Shown: piece by piece, positions 22,859 through 35,162 of the stretch
Layout of the letters: every line of letters starts with the position of its first letter
Numbering within the stretch: position 1 is the stretch's first letter
NCBI GenBank assembly: GCA_951406725.2
Contig: OX597827.1
Location: 60,946,001-61,010,000 of the forward strand
Source: Octopus vulgaris
Taxonomy: Eukaryota
Direction of reading: 5' to 3'
Length of the DNA stretch: 64,000 bases
Made by a program: the position numbers and the translations under genes
Notes under the pieces: generated by a model
Databases searched by the model: none
Seen by the model: only the letters and a program-made list of their open reading frames with translations
What the model was told of the DNA's origin: nothing

Positions 22859-25800
22859 ACTTTACACAGTATTGTGGCATTGCGTGAATATTTAGTATTT
22901 TTAATGTTGACAACTAAGACGTATATTCCAGTCCACACCACCAAGAAACTCTGCCACGCCCGTCAATCAACACACAAATGTATGAAGGTGTTCTTGTAGC
23001 TACACATAACTATTTTTTCCAGTGACATTTTTTTTTCCTGGATTTGACTAATATCATCCACTACCAAAATCGTAAATTCTTGGCTAATTTATTTAATGCT
23101 CCTTGCATTAAACAATGTGAATAAAACTTTATTTACTGATATACACTTTAAAAAGATGCTAAAAAAAAAGAGAAAACTGGGGGTGGGTAGGGTAGGAGCA
23201 GCCGAAGACGGAAAGGCAAGGGCGATAGGTCACATATCCCAGAACAAGAGGGGTGCTCAGCCACACCCCACAGTAATGACTGTGATGGCGTTGCCAAGGA
23301 GAATGGTTAGCGACACTCGCTGCAGTAGTCACTTCACCTTGAGGGGCTCATTTCTCAGACAGGATGCCGTTATCGCTATTGTGTAGAGGAAATCGGTGGT
23401 ACGAGGTCTTAGAACACCTGTTGTCTTGATAGCAACCAGTCAGGTTCCTCTACTTATTTCCCTCTTCTCTGCGTTATGGGTAGCGACACCGGGGTTTGCG
23501 GCAGATGCATTAAATACAGTTCTGTGGTGTTATGAGCCAGGCTGTGTTGTAGGGAAGGATCGGAAGTGAGGGAGTAAGTATGTCCTGTTGGAAGTGGGGC
23601 CTGTGGGTCCCACCTGAAGGGCTGTGGTGGGTATGCGGGATCAGTGAAGCGTGAGGAGCAAGTTTGTGGTGAACAGCACATCAGAGCAAACGTGTTAGAC
23701 TGTACAGCGACGGATAGCCCTTGTGGATATTGAGTGAACCTTGCAGATTGAGACAAAGCATGTGGACATTCAAAATTACCCTTTTTTCCGGACTGACAAG
23801 TAAGGCTACCGCAATTCTCTCTTCGCTTCCACCTTCTTGTTCCTTTACATCACAAGTTTGACACCAGCTTACCAAATATGTTAAGAAATCATTGAGTAGC
23901 AAACCGTAGCATCGCCTTTTAAACCGAAGTACACACATAAACTCATGTTACTTTTATCTGCCATGGATGGCTTTGACGATACATCAATAACCTACATTAC
24001 ATCAGAGACGTATCACGGTGAAAGAAAAAGGTGAAGGGAGTTCATCTGTACTTTTAGCTGTTATATATACACTATATTATTGACAAGAGACATCGAACAA
24101 AAAAGTTAAATCTCTCAAATCACACAATTAGGTCATTAAAACATTAGGAGAAATACAAGTGATATGTCTGAAAAATAAAATCAGATGGGAAAATCACAGA
24201 TGCAGCACTGTTGATCAATAAGGAACATTTGTGATCTGGGCTGACTTGAATCTAAGCAACATATATATATTATTTGTATGACTATTTAGCCACACAAAAG
24301 TTACATTATTTTAAACAAAGCTATCACTAACATGAAATCTTATTCACTGGGTTAACTAGAGTGTGGTAGGTTTGACTACCGACATATCAAATGTAAAACG
24401 AAATTATTTAAGTACCAACAGAGGTAGATTTCTACGTGGTCGTTTGACCTATTATAAATAGCGGCCAAATTTTCCTTAAATCTCTATTATTATTATTATC
24501 ATTATTATTATTATTATTATTATTATGCACCTTACTTTTGGCCCAGACAGAAGGCAGTAACCATAGTCCTTTACAGGGTCCCCTAATACTTACTGGTGGG
24601 AGAGAAGGAAGTATCTTCAAGCTGGGAACCAAGCTCGAATGCTTGCAACAGAGTGGAGTCTGTTAAAGATACCCAAGGCACCAGTTTGTGATGTTAATTC
24701 GGATTAAGTCTATGTCCCATGTAATGCCATGGTGGAATTTGAACTCAGAACACAGGGAGCTGGAACGAATGCCGCAAGGCATCCGGCCCAACGTTTTTAC
24801 ACCTCCATCCAACTTCCACCATGGATTATTACCTTTTTTTATCAGCCCTGAAAGGATGTAAGTCAAAGTTGACCTCAGCCGAGTTTGAACTCAGGAGAGT
24901 TGGGATCTTTGTGGCTTTTGTCACTGTTTACAATCATCTTTTTAAAAAAAAAAAATTTAATATATAAGATGTAATTTTTGACGCTGAATCCAAATTTATT
25001 CTTCATCTGTTCCAGAAAAATTTTGCTAAAATGTCAGGTGTTCAAAGTTTGATAGGTTTCAGAATTTTCAGCCAATCAGAAAACAGCACGTTCGCTGCCT
25101 CTTCCATCATTCGGATCTTTGGTTACTATGGACACAGAGTTCTTCACCACAGTGATGTGTAAAATACTCACTTCTGATTGGCTAAAATACCCAAATTTTG
25201 AAAATTTTAAAGGCTGATAACTTTTTAATTATGGTTTTATAGGGAAAATAAATTTCATCTTCATAATTAGTATACAAAACTTAATCCATATACTAAATTT
25301 GAAAATAATTCGAACAAAATTGTAAAGAGTGACGAAAACCACAAATACCATCCAATGATCAACTGTCTTAAAAGGAAAAAAAAAAGTATTGATTACAACA
25401 CTGATCAATGTAGTGTTAGACATGCGATACCTGACAAGAAGAGAGGGACTAGGTGGGTCAATTGACATAGGTCTACGATTTCGAGAGGGACTGTGCCTCC
25501 TCCTCTTCCTCCTCCCCAGGTCAGATCAAATAGAAAACCTTTTGGCAAAAAATTTCTCCTTTTTTTAAAATCATTCTAGTTCTTCTATTTCATTCTGTTA
25601 CATCAGGACGGAATTAAAGATTTAAGTACATCATGTAACACACATACACACAATAATCGACAGAGGTTACAGACTCAAGGGCCGAGAGTTTCCTGCATTA
25701 GCACTTATCAACTAATACACAAAGTACTTGAGTTTCTTTAACCTCTGTCTATTATTAAATGAAACCTAACTTTCGTTATATTGTTTCATCCAACTACCGC

Positions 25801-27569
25801 ATTAAAAACGCGTTGGCATATTAGACGCACCCCAATTTCAGCAGCACATACTCAGGAGTAAAAACAAGTTTTTAGTACATTGAGGTATGTAATATAGTCC
25901 CAACTTCGCATATAGGACCCAGGGTGAATTTTTAGTAAGCCTGTCAACTTTGGAGAATTCTTAATTCTTGAGATGATCTCAAGCGAAACTGGTCTTAACG
26001 GGCATTTGGTAATTATAATACATTCTCCAGAGCCAGAAAAATTTTAATAACGATTTCAATTTTTAGCACAAGGCCTCCAATTTCGGGGATGTGAATAAGT
26101 CGTTTACTTCAACCCCAAGACTCAACTGGTACTATTTTATCGACGCTGAAAGGATGAAAAGCAGTCGACCTCGGCGGAATTTGATCTAAGAACGTAAAGA
26201 CGGACGAAATATCGCAAAGCATGTCGCCGTGCGTGCAAACAATTTTGCTAGCTCGCCGCCTTACAGATAATCTTAATAACAAGAATTTATATTGTGTGGT
26301 ATTTGTCTATGCTCACATAAATGCGACTGGCCAGCTTAAGTTATTTCTCTTAGCTCGTTTCTTGTTTAAATTATGCAAATTATCTGGGCCATAAACGTTT
26401 TCTACTTTATTTTGTGTATGTTAAAGTCTTTTGACTGCTGGGGGATAATATCAGACAGCTGTCATGCTTATGATGACTAAGCCAGAAACACGTCTCCAAG
26501 ATTATATGTATTCTTATCGGCAGACAATGAACATGTCGATTTCCTTAACGGCATGTCAACTTTAGAGAATTCTTAATTCTTGAAATTACCCCCCCCCCCC
26601 CGCCGACCCAGTTGGAGCTGGTCGTTAATTGTCATTTGGTAATTATGACATCCTCTAGAGGCGGAGATAATTTTGTGGTATTTGATGCACTCTATATTTG
26701 TCTGTTGTTGAAATGCATACAACTGGCCACTCAGTTAATTCTTATATTTTTATACATTCTTTAAAAAAAAAGTGTGTGTCTTAAGACATCAATTCTGGCA
26801 ATTATGACTTGAAGGACGACCTATATTTTGTATATTTATTACGAAGATTTACACGCGTTGGTGTACTTTTAATCATAGTTCTGCTCCGACAAGACCGGCC
26901 CGGAGTTAAACAACAATTTCATTAAATCAATGTAACATAACCGTGCTTATAAAAAAAAACGAGTTCACAATAAACAAGTCAAGTGAAGACGATTCATATT
27001 TTGTCTATTCTGCTTGATAACCTACATAAATATGTTTGTACTCATTGCTTAAATTCGTAAGCAGCAACATGGCTTCCCAACCCTTCCTGTCATGTCAGTT
27101 AAGTAGCGACTTTCAACGCAGCCATTGTCATTTTAATTCAACCGTTTAACTTATTAAGTATGGGGGGGGGGGGCTGCCAGGACAAAAAACAAATTATTCT
27201 AACGAGTAACAAAAGCAGTAAAAAGACGTTTTACATGCCTTAGAATATATTTAAGCTTCATAACGTTCCGAAATCAAATCATAAGAGGTTGAATTCAGAG
27301 CATCGATCCTTTTACGTTCGATAGAGTACCACTTCAAGAAATGGAGTCGATATTATCGACAGAAACCAACCTCAAAATTTGAGTGCCAAACTAAGTGGCT
27401 TCTGTCGTTTTAAAAGCATAAAAGGGGAATTTGTGACAGAGATGCCTTTTCCAAAGATTTTAATTGCAAGTGGAAAGGATTATATATATTATTATATATA
27501 AAAAATTTTTAAAATGCGAGAAAATGAGAGTGGGGAGTCTTTCCACAAAAATATATATATATACTTGTC

Positions 27570-28650
27570 TCGACTTTCACTTTCATTCTTTCGAAATCGA
27601 TAAAATAAAGTACCGGTTTAGCACTGGTGTCGATGCAATCGACTTACACCCATCCCCCGAAATTGCTGGCCTTGTGCCAAAATTATTATTATTATTACAC
27701 CATTCGGGTGATGAGACTTCTATTCCTATTCTTTAGGGCGGCGAGCTGGCAGAATCGTAAGCTCTCCGGACAAAATGCTTAGCGGCATTTCGTCCATCCT
27801 TGCGTTCTGAGTTCAAATCCAGCCGAGGTCGACTTCGCCTTTCACTCTTTCGGGGTCGATAATTTAAATACCAGCGAAACACTAGAGTTGATGTAATTGA
27901 CTACTCGCTCCCCAAAAATTTCAGGCCTTGTGCCTTTAATAGAAAGGATTATTATTAGATTACGGCGGCGAGCTGGCAAAATCGTTAGCACGCCCTGCGA
28001 AATGCTAAGAGGTATTTCGTCTGCTGCTACGTTCTGAGTTCAAATTTCGCCGAGGTCGACTTTGCCTTTCATCCTTTTGGGGGTCGATAAATTAAGTACC
28101 AGTAGCGTACTGGAGTCGATGTAACCGACTAGTCCCCTCCCACCAAATTTCAGGCCTTGTGCCTTTAGTAGAAAGTATTATTATTATTATTCCTTTCTGG
28201 TGATGGGACTTCTATCCCAATTCTTTAAGGCGGCAAGCTGGCAGAATCGTTTAAGCGTTGGACAAAATGCTTAGCGTCATTTCTTCTCGCTCTTTACGTT
28301 TTGGTTTCAAATTCTGCCGAGGTCGACTTTTCCTTTCATCCTTTCGGAATCGATAAAATAAGACCCAGTCGAGTACTGGGGTCGGTATAATCGATTTACC
28401 TCCTCCTCCAAAATTGCTGGCTTTGTGCCAAAATTTGAAACCACTTAAAAGCGGCGAGCTGGCAGAATCGCTAATACGCCAAGCAAAATGCTTAGCGGCA
28501 TTTCTTCGCGATCTTTATGTTCTGAGTTCAAATTCTGACGAGTTCAACTTTTCGGGAACAATAAAATAAGTACCAGTTGAACACTGGATTTGATGTAATC
28601 GACTTAACCCTCTCCCTAAAATAGCTGACCTTGCGCAAAAATATGAAATA
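27570..28650 (+). mobile_element. Head-to-tail cluster of five MetaSINE-like copies
   Basis: Heads at ~27736, 27963, 28229 and 28450, plus a 3' fragment from ~27570. Confidence 0.85.
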
Positions 28651-28691
28651 ATAATGATAATACTCACTCCAATTATTTTATGGATAGTGGG

Positions 28692-29406
28692 CAGCGCTGG
28701 ATTAACCATTAAGCAAAATAAGCACGTGATTAGGACATCAAGGGAAGCGCGGTACCACAGAAATGGTAAATGGTTTACGGCACAAAAGAAATCACTATAA
28801 ACTTGCTAAAATAATATTCGAGACGCCTTTAACGGATGCAAAAAAGTAGGAGGAAGCTTTTCAAATATAAACAAGAGCACTTAGCGCAAACCTCCGCCAA
28901 GGCAACACTAAGGTCATCTCAACGATTAACCAGGCATAATTTTTAAAATGAGAATGTCTGAAATAAACTCGACTGCTCTCACAAACGAGAATACTAAAAA
29001 TGAACCCGACCGCTCTCAAAAATTAAGTAAAAAAAGAAAAAACAGGAAAAATAATCCAGAATCCTTGTCCGGAATCAGATCGATCCCAAAATCTAATCAG
29101 TTCGTGTCAGTTACGACGCCGAACATCCCTGAAACTTTCATCCGAATCCATCAAGCGGTTCTTGAGATATCTTGTCCACAGACAAACAAACAAATGCGAC
29201 TGAAAACAATATCTCCGCCTTCGCTAAAGCGGGGGTAATAAAGTGGAAGTATACAAAAATGAACATTATTTTCCCTCTTACTGTTTTGTTTCGTTTTGAA
29301 AAATAAAAATTTATTTTATGGTTTGCTAATGTTTATATTTTGAATAACAATCTTTTATGGGGGCACCAAAATCTTTAAGGTCGTGATGGGTCTTAATCCG
29401 GCCCTG
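28692..29406. mobile_element. Non-autonomous hAT-like element with a nested element (~28870-29240)
   Basis: TIR cagcgctggattaa / ttaatccggccctg; imperfect 8-bp TSD atagtggg / atagagga; nested element has ctccgcc repeats near both ends and a terminal hairpin. Confidence 0.6.
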
Positions 29407-29996
29407 ATAGAGGAAGGAGTAAGTAAAGATTACAGTTTATACAAATAAACCTCCAGCGGGCTGGGTTAACTATGATCATGGCGTAAAGAAAATTACCTGC
29501 AAAAAAAAAATGGGTATGTTGAGGTGAATAAACTGTTTTAAAATGCAATAAATTCTTTCACTGTTCTCACAAATTAATACTACAACTACCACCACCGTAT
29601 ATATAGAACTAAAACTTATGCATCTTGAAAATTGCACAGAAACTTTATAATCGCTCAGTGCATTGGAAACTATCTTATGACACCCTATATATACTAGCAA
29701 CATCGTTCTTACCCAACCATCATGCAACAGTAATGTATGTACTTTTACTAGCGATGATGACCTACCAAAAATAACTAGCGCGCCAGAACTATCACTGCCG
29801 CGTACACAGAACCTCGGTTTTACTGGAAGTAAAAAAATATAAAATAAAATAAAACATAATAAAATGAAACATAATCAGCACCACTTATATTCTATCATCA
29901 TTTAGTTCTATCATAACGCTGCTAGTGAAGAAATTCGAACGTGTTTGTATATATTAGAGTGGGATTTATATGAGGTTACCGTATTTAATGTCTCAC

Positions 29997-30040
<44 letters not shown>

Positions 30041-30424
30041 GTGTAATTTGTAACAGACGACACCAGGTTTCGAAACTTGCTGCAGTTTGTTACACATTTT
30101 TAAAAGCAATAATAAAACGGTTATTCTCGGTGTTAAATTACACCTTCAATCTTTTACAAGTACATAACTGACATTCGTTGGTGTATGCGTGTCACTGTAT
30201 TCATTTGTACGTTTCAGTCATTTGACTGCGACCATGCTGGAGCACCGTCTTTAGTCGAATAAATCGACCCCAGGACTTATTCTTTGAAAGCTTAATACTT
30301 ATTCTATCAGTCTCTTTTGTCGAACCGCTAAGTTTTCTAAGATGGGCAGATTTTAGTGATACACTGATAACCCGTGTGTCAGGAAACTAATAGATTTGCA
30401 CTAAAGCAGACAGAGGTGGGTGGT

Positions 30425-30750
30425 GTTAAAAACGGTGAAGACCCTCTTCGGTTATGAATGACCATGGGATTGTACGTACAACTCTGGACAGGGTTGTTTC
30501 TGGAAGACCAGTAGTCGCCCATGCATACCAGCCTCCCTTCTCCACGCCACCGATGTTATCCAGGGGAAAGGCAAAGGCTGATATAACTTGGCACCAGTGA
30601 TGTCGCAACTCATTTCTACAGCTGAGTGAACTGAAGCAACATGAAATAAAGTATCTTGCTCAAGAACACAACACAACCTGGTCCGGGAATCGAACTCACT
30701 CCCTCATGATTGTGAGCCCGACGCTCTGACTACTGAACCACGTGCCTTCA
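30425..30750 (-). mobile_element. CORE-like tRNA-derived SINE (family E)
   Basis: ttgagcaagatactttatttca...ctcagctgtagaaatgag; related pieces at 18690-18790, 61895-62010 (+), 62540-62660. Confidence 0.7.
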
Positions 30751-31450
30751 GTTGGGTGGTGCTAACAATAGTAAGTTAGCTTTTGTTTCAGTTGAGAAAT
30801 ATTTTAAAAGAGAGAGCAAACCAAAATCTCATCAATTAATCAAATGTGGTTCTTAAAATGGCTGTTCATGTATGACATCAGTCCGTATTTGAGTCGGACA
30901 CAGGCGCGCACACACTCTCTTACATATATTCGTTAAGACATAGGCGTGTATAGACCTACATATGCACATCTCTATACGACAAGAGAAGAAAAAATTATGT
31001 AAAGAACTTCATTAGCTTACGGGTGTTTCTGCTATAAGATACAATGCACTCATAGTTGAGTACTTGTGTATCAACTTATAGTTTCTTTGGTGCTTCAACT
31101 AAAAAGATGTTTTATATGACACATTCTATCAGTGTCCGAAGTTTGAAAGTATTTAGTTACAAAAAATTTTTCGATCTGCCGTTCAAAGAGTAAAGAACCA
31201 AATAACGTTATCTTGATGGGTTCTTATGAAGTTTTTAGAAATTTATAACACGCTATAGAAACGTTATTCATTGCTATTATATCTACAACCTCGTACATAA
31301 ACACTCGTGTCTTTCCTTACTAGGATTTCCCGACAAAATTGATCGACCCTGGTTGAACAATCGTATGTATCTCGCCAGCTTGAGTGGGACTGCAAAGGCC
31401 ATGGCCGTTGCCTGGGACCACAAATTTCATACATAGACACAGTCCGAAGA

Positions 31451-31866
31451 GGATCTTTTCGGTTTGAACGGCAGTTTTTTAAAATAATTTCCACGTAACT
31501 AAACACTATTAAACTTCGTATACTGGTAGAATGTGTTTATAAAACATCTTTTTCTCTTGGCTTTATTGAGAAAATTCTATGGTTTGTAAGATATTTGTTG
31601 TTTTTTTCTTCTTCAATTTCAGCAATTTCAACCAATCAATGACGTCTATTGAGGTGAAAACATTATGTGCCGTATGAATAGGTCCTTCGTTTAAGAAACA
31701 GATTGAGTTTATTTACATTTCTGAAGAAAAAAAAAAGATACCCTTGCCCCCATCCCTAACCCTAAAACAGATTGAAATGCAATAGATCGATACTAGGGTC
31801 ACAATTATGGGTGACAATTTCATAGGACACAGCTAGAAATAACTGCCGTACAAACCGAAAAGATCC
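31451..31866. mobile_element. Merlin-type MITE
   Basis: TIR ggatcttttcggtttgaacggcagtt / aactgccgtacaaaccgaaaagatcc; perfect 8-bp TSD tccgaaga; truncated sibling at 43921-44207. Confidence 0.85.
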
Positions 31867-33164
31867 TCCGAAGATTACACCCATCTGTTGTGCATGTGTG
31901 TACGTGAGTGCGTGATTGTGTGCAGTTTGTGAATTTGTGAATATATCTGTAAATCTTTCGTATGCGTGTGTGAGTGTTTGCGAGTCTGTTGTTTGTATAC
32001 GCTTTACAAATATTTGTACCCAATTTTGTACCGCTTCAAACGTGATTACAAGGCCTTACGCGAAGGCGCGAGTGTGTGTGTGTGCGGTAAGCCAAGCAGC
32101 GGAACAATGACACATTAAGATAGGAATGTCATCAAAGAGTTAGTAGAGGAGCTATTCCTAAGCACATTCATACATATTCGTGTATATGTGTGTGTGTGGT
32201 TTAATTGTAATAATACACACAGACAGATATAGTGTAGTATGCACAATGTGCAGGTTATTAATGAGTATAATGTTGTTGTTGTTGTTGTAGGCATCGAAAT
32301 CGCAATGAGTTAGTTATTACATGCCACTACATTCCCTACTACTGTAATTGTCCACACATAAATAATGTCATCAAATATGTCAATTGGGTTCAGTGAATCA
32401 GAAAAAAACAAGTCTACGCTAAACAACATTGTTACGTTTTTTATTTATCTATTTATTTTGCATGTGTGTGTGTACGAGTACTACCACGATAGTTATTCAA
32501 TGTGGTGGTGGTTCTACTTGCTAGAAATAATAACCAAATCCTTAAAGTTCACTTTACTGTCCACACCACTGAACATATATATATATACTAAATGAAAAAT
32601 AACTGAATATGATAATATACTACATAAAGCGGGGTGGTCACGCCGGGAATGCCAGTGGGCTGATGAAAGCCCAACATAGTGGAAAAGTTTAAAAAAAAAA
32701 CATTTGGTAGACGGAAACTGAAAGAAGCCTGTCGTATATATGTATATGTATATATGTGTGTGTTAGTGTATCTGTTTGTACCCACAAAATCGCTTAACAA
32801 CCGATGGTGGTGTGTTTGCATCCCCGTAACTTAGCGGTTCGGCAAAAGAGACCGATAGAATAAGTACTGGGCTTACAAAGAATAAGTCCTGGGGTCGATT
32901 TGCTCGACTAAAGGCGGTGCTCCAGCATGGCCGCAGTCAAGTGATTGAAACAAGTAAAAGAGTAATAGAGCATGTACTCAGTTTCGTTTTAATGTTGATT
33001 TTACCGAAAATACCAAATGTTTGTTATTAAGTCGGCAAACTGGTAAGAATCGTTTGCGCGCCGGACAAAATGCTTAACATTCAGAGTTAAAGTTCCGTCG
33101 AGGTCGAATTCGCCTTTCATCGTTTCAGGATCGATAGATATTCTTTTTTTTTTTGCGCCTTTTT

Positions 33165-33447
33165 CAAGCCAAGCCAGGCTCATGGGCCCGGTTTCCCGAT
33201 TTCTATGACGTATGTGTTCCCCACAGCTGGACGGGACGCCAGTCCATCGCAGCGTTACTCAAGAAACAGGAAGAAAGAGTGAGAGAAAGTTGGGGTGAAA
33301 GAGTACAACGGGGGGTCGCCACCACCCCCACTGCGGGAGCCTCATGCAGCTGTGGGCGTTTTCGTTCAATAAACACACACAACACCCGGTCTGGGAATCG
33401 AAACCGCGATCCTCCGATCGCGAGTCCGCTACCCTAACCACTGGGTC
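33165..33447 (-). mobile_element. SINE family D nested in a MetaSINE
   Basis: Reverse complement of 3997-4237; flanked by duplicated atcgatagat and the two halves of a family B copy. Confidence 0.8.
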
Positions 33448-34355
33448 ATCGATAGATTAAGTACCAGTAAAGCACTGATTCGATGTAATCGATTAGTCCC
33501 CGCTTCTCCAAAATTCCAAGCCTTGGGCCTATTGTGGAAAGAATTATGATAACTAAGGCCACGAGCTGACAAAATCGTTCGCGCGCTGGAGAACATGTTT
33601 ACCGGTATTTCTTCTGGCTCTACTTTCTGAACTCAAATCTCGCCAAGGTCAAATTTATCCTTCATCCTTTCGCGGGTCGATGAAAATATAGTACCAGTCC
33701 AATATAGTCCATGGTACCGACTATTTCCCTCCCCTTAAAATTGTTGGACTCGTGCCTCAATTAGAAACAATTATAACAATACTCTTCTTTCTTTTTGCTC
33801 GCTAATTTCCCATCAATTAACTGAACTGTTGGGTTGGGTTACATTTTTGTAAAATAGCGAGTTTTACCCGTCATTAAATGAGAAAAACCCTCCTCTTGTG
33901 GTGTTTTGCACACACACATTCAGCCTTTTTGTGATGGCAATGGGATGATAGCAATAGTATGAGCTATGCGGCGGAGGTGATGGTGGTAGCCGAGGCGGTC
34001 AATGATGACGGTGAGAGTAAGTGATGTGAAAGACAGTGATGATAGTGGTGGAGGGGAGGCGGCGATGTCAACGGTATTGGTGGTTGTGGCGTCAGAAGTC
34101 TGAATGGTGTACGGCAGATGCGATGGAGATGGTACTGTTCTTTATCTTGCAGCTTTGCAATAAGTTCCAAGTCGACAAATTATATCATTGTTTTAATGAA
34201 AATTGTTCATTGCTTGAAAAATATTGCTCAAGTTTAATAAAATTTGATAAGTACTCAATGCATGAAGTGTCACTGTTTGGCCTAAGGCCTAATGAAGAGC
34301 CCTCCACAAGAGCTAGCTTAAAAGTCGCGTTATCGAGCGGCTTTTTAAGCTATTG

Positions 34356-34800
34356 ATCAATATACCCACTGTCTGCAACACGACACACGTGAAGTCAGTA
34401 GTCCAGCTCTTGCCAAACACGCTGTAGCATATATTGTGTAACATTTTCCGGCGCCTCAGTGATTTCCTACTTGAGGTCCTCTAGGTTTGTACCAAGAGCA
34501 GGGATATAGATCAGTCCTTTCACATAGCCCCATAGAAAAAAAAATCACGGTGTCAAGTCAGGTGAACGTAGTGGCCATTTCAACAGCACATCGTCATTAT
34601 CACTGACATAACTGGTCCATCTACCTTGTAGATTCTCATTAAGATAAGTCCGCACATTCAGCTTCCAGTGAAGTGGAGCCCCACTCTGTTGAAAAATGAA
34701 GTGTTCATGCTCATTTTCATTGAGGTCATCAAATAACCATTTCTGAAGCATTTGCAGTTACAGATCGCCGGTCACGTTTAGCTCAAAGATAAACAGTCTA
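34356..34800 (-). pseudogene. Tc1/mariner (rosa/maT-like) transposase C-terminal remnant
   Basis: FIFQQSGAPLHW...WPLRSPDLTP*FFFLWGYVKGLIY with in-frame stops. Confidence 0.85.
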
Positions 34801-35081
34801 GAAAGACGATTGTTTGTTAAAATTTGAGATAATTTGATCGAAAACTGGCAATTATTAGACTACAAAATGTCAAATTTTTTAAGACATCCTCTGTGTGTGT
34901 GTGTGTGTGTATGTAAGATATATTGGGCGCAGGTGTGGCTGTAGAAAAAAGTTTGCATCCCAACTACATGGTTCTGGGTTCAATCCCACTGTGTGGCACC
35001 TTGGACAAGTGACTTCTACTATAACCTCGGACTGACCAAAGCCTTGAGTGGATTTGGTAGACGGAAACTGAAAGAAGCTCG

Positions 35082-35162
<81 letters not shown>

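Noticed and set aside
32655-32675. gggCTGATGAaagccc as a hammerhead (also CTGATGA at ~5152)
   Set aside because: No GAAA-stem III-UH half; lies in old SINE-like fragments
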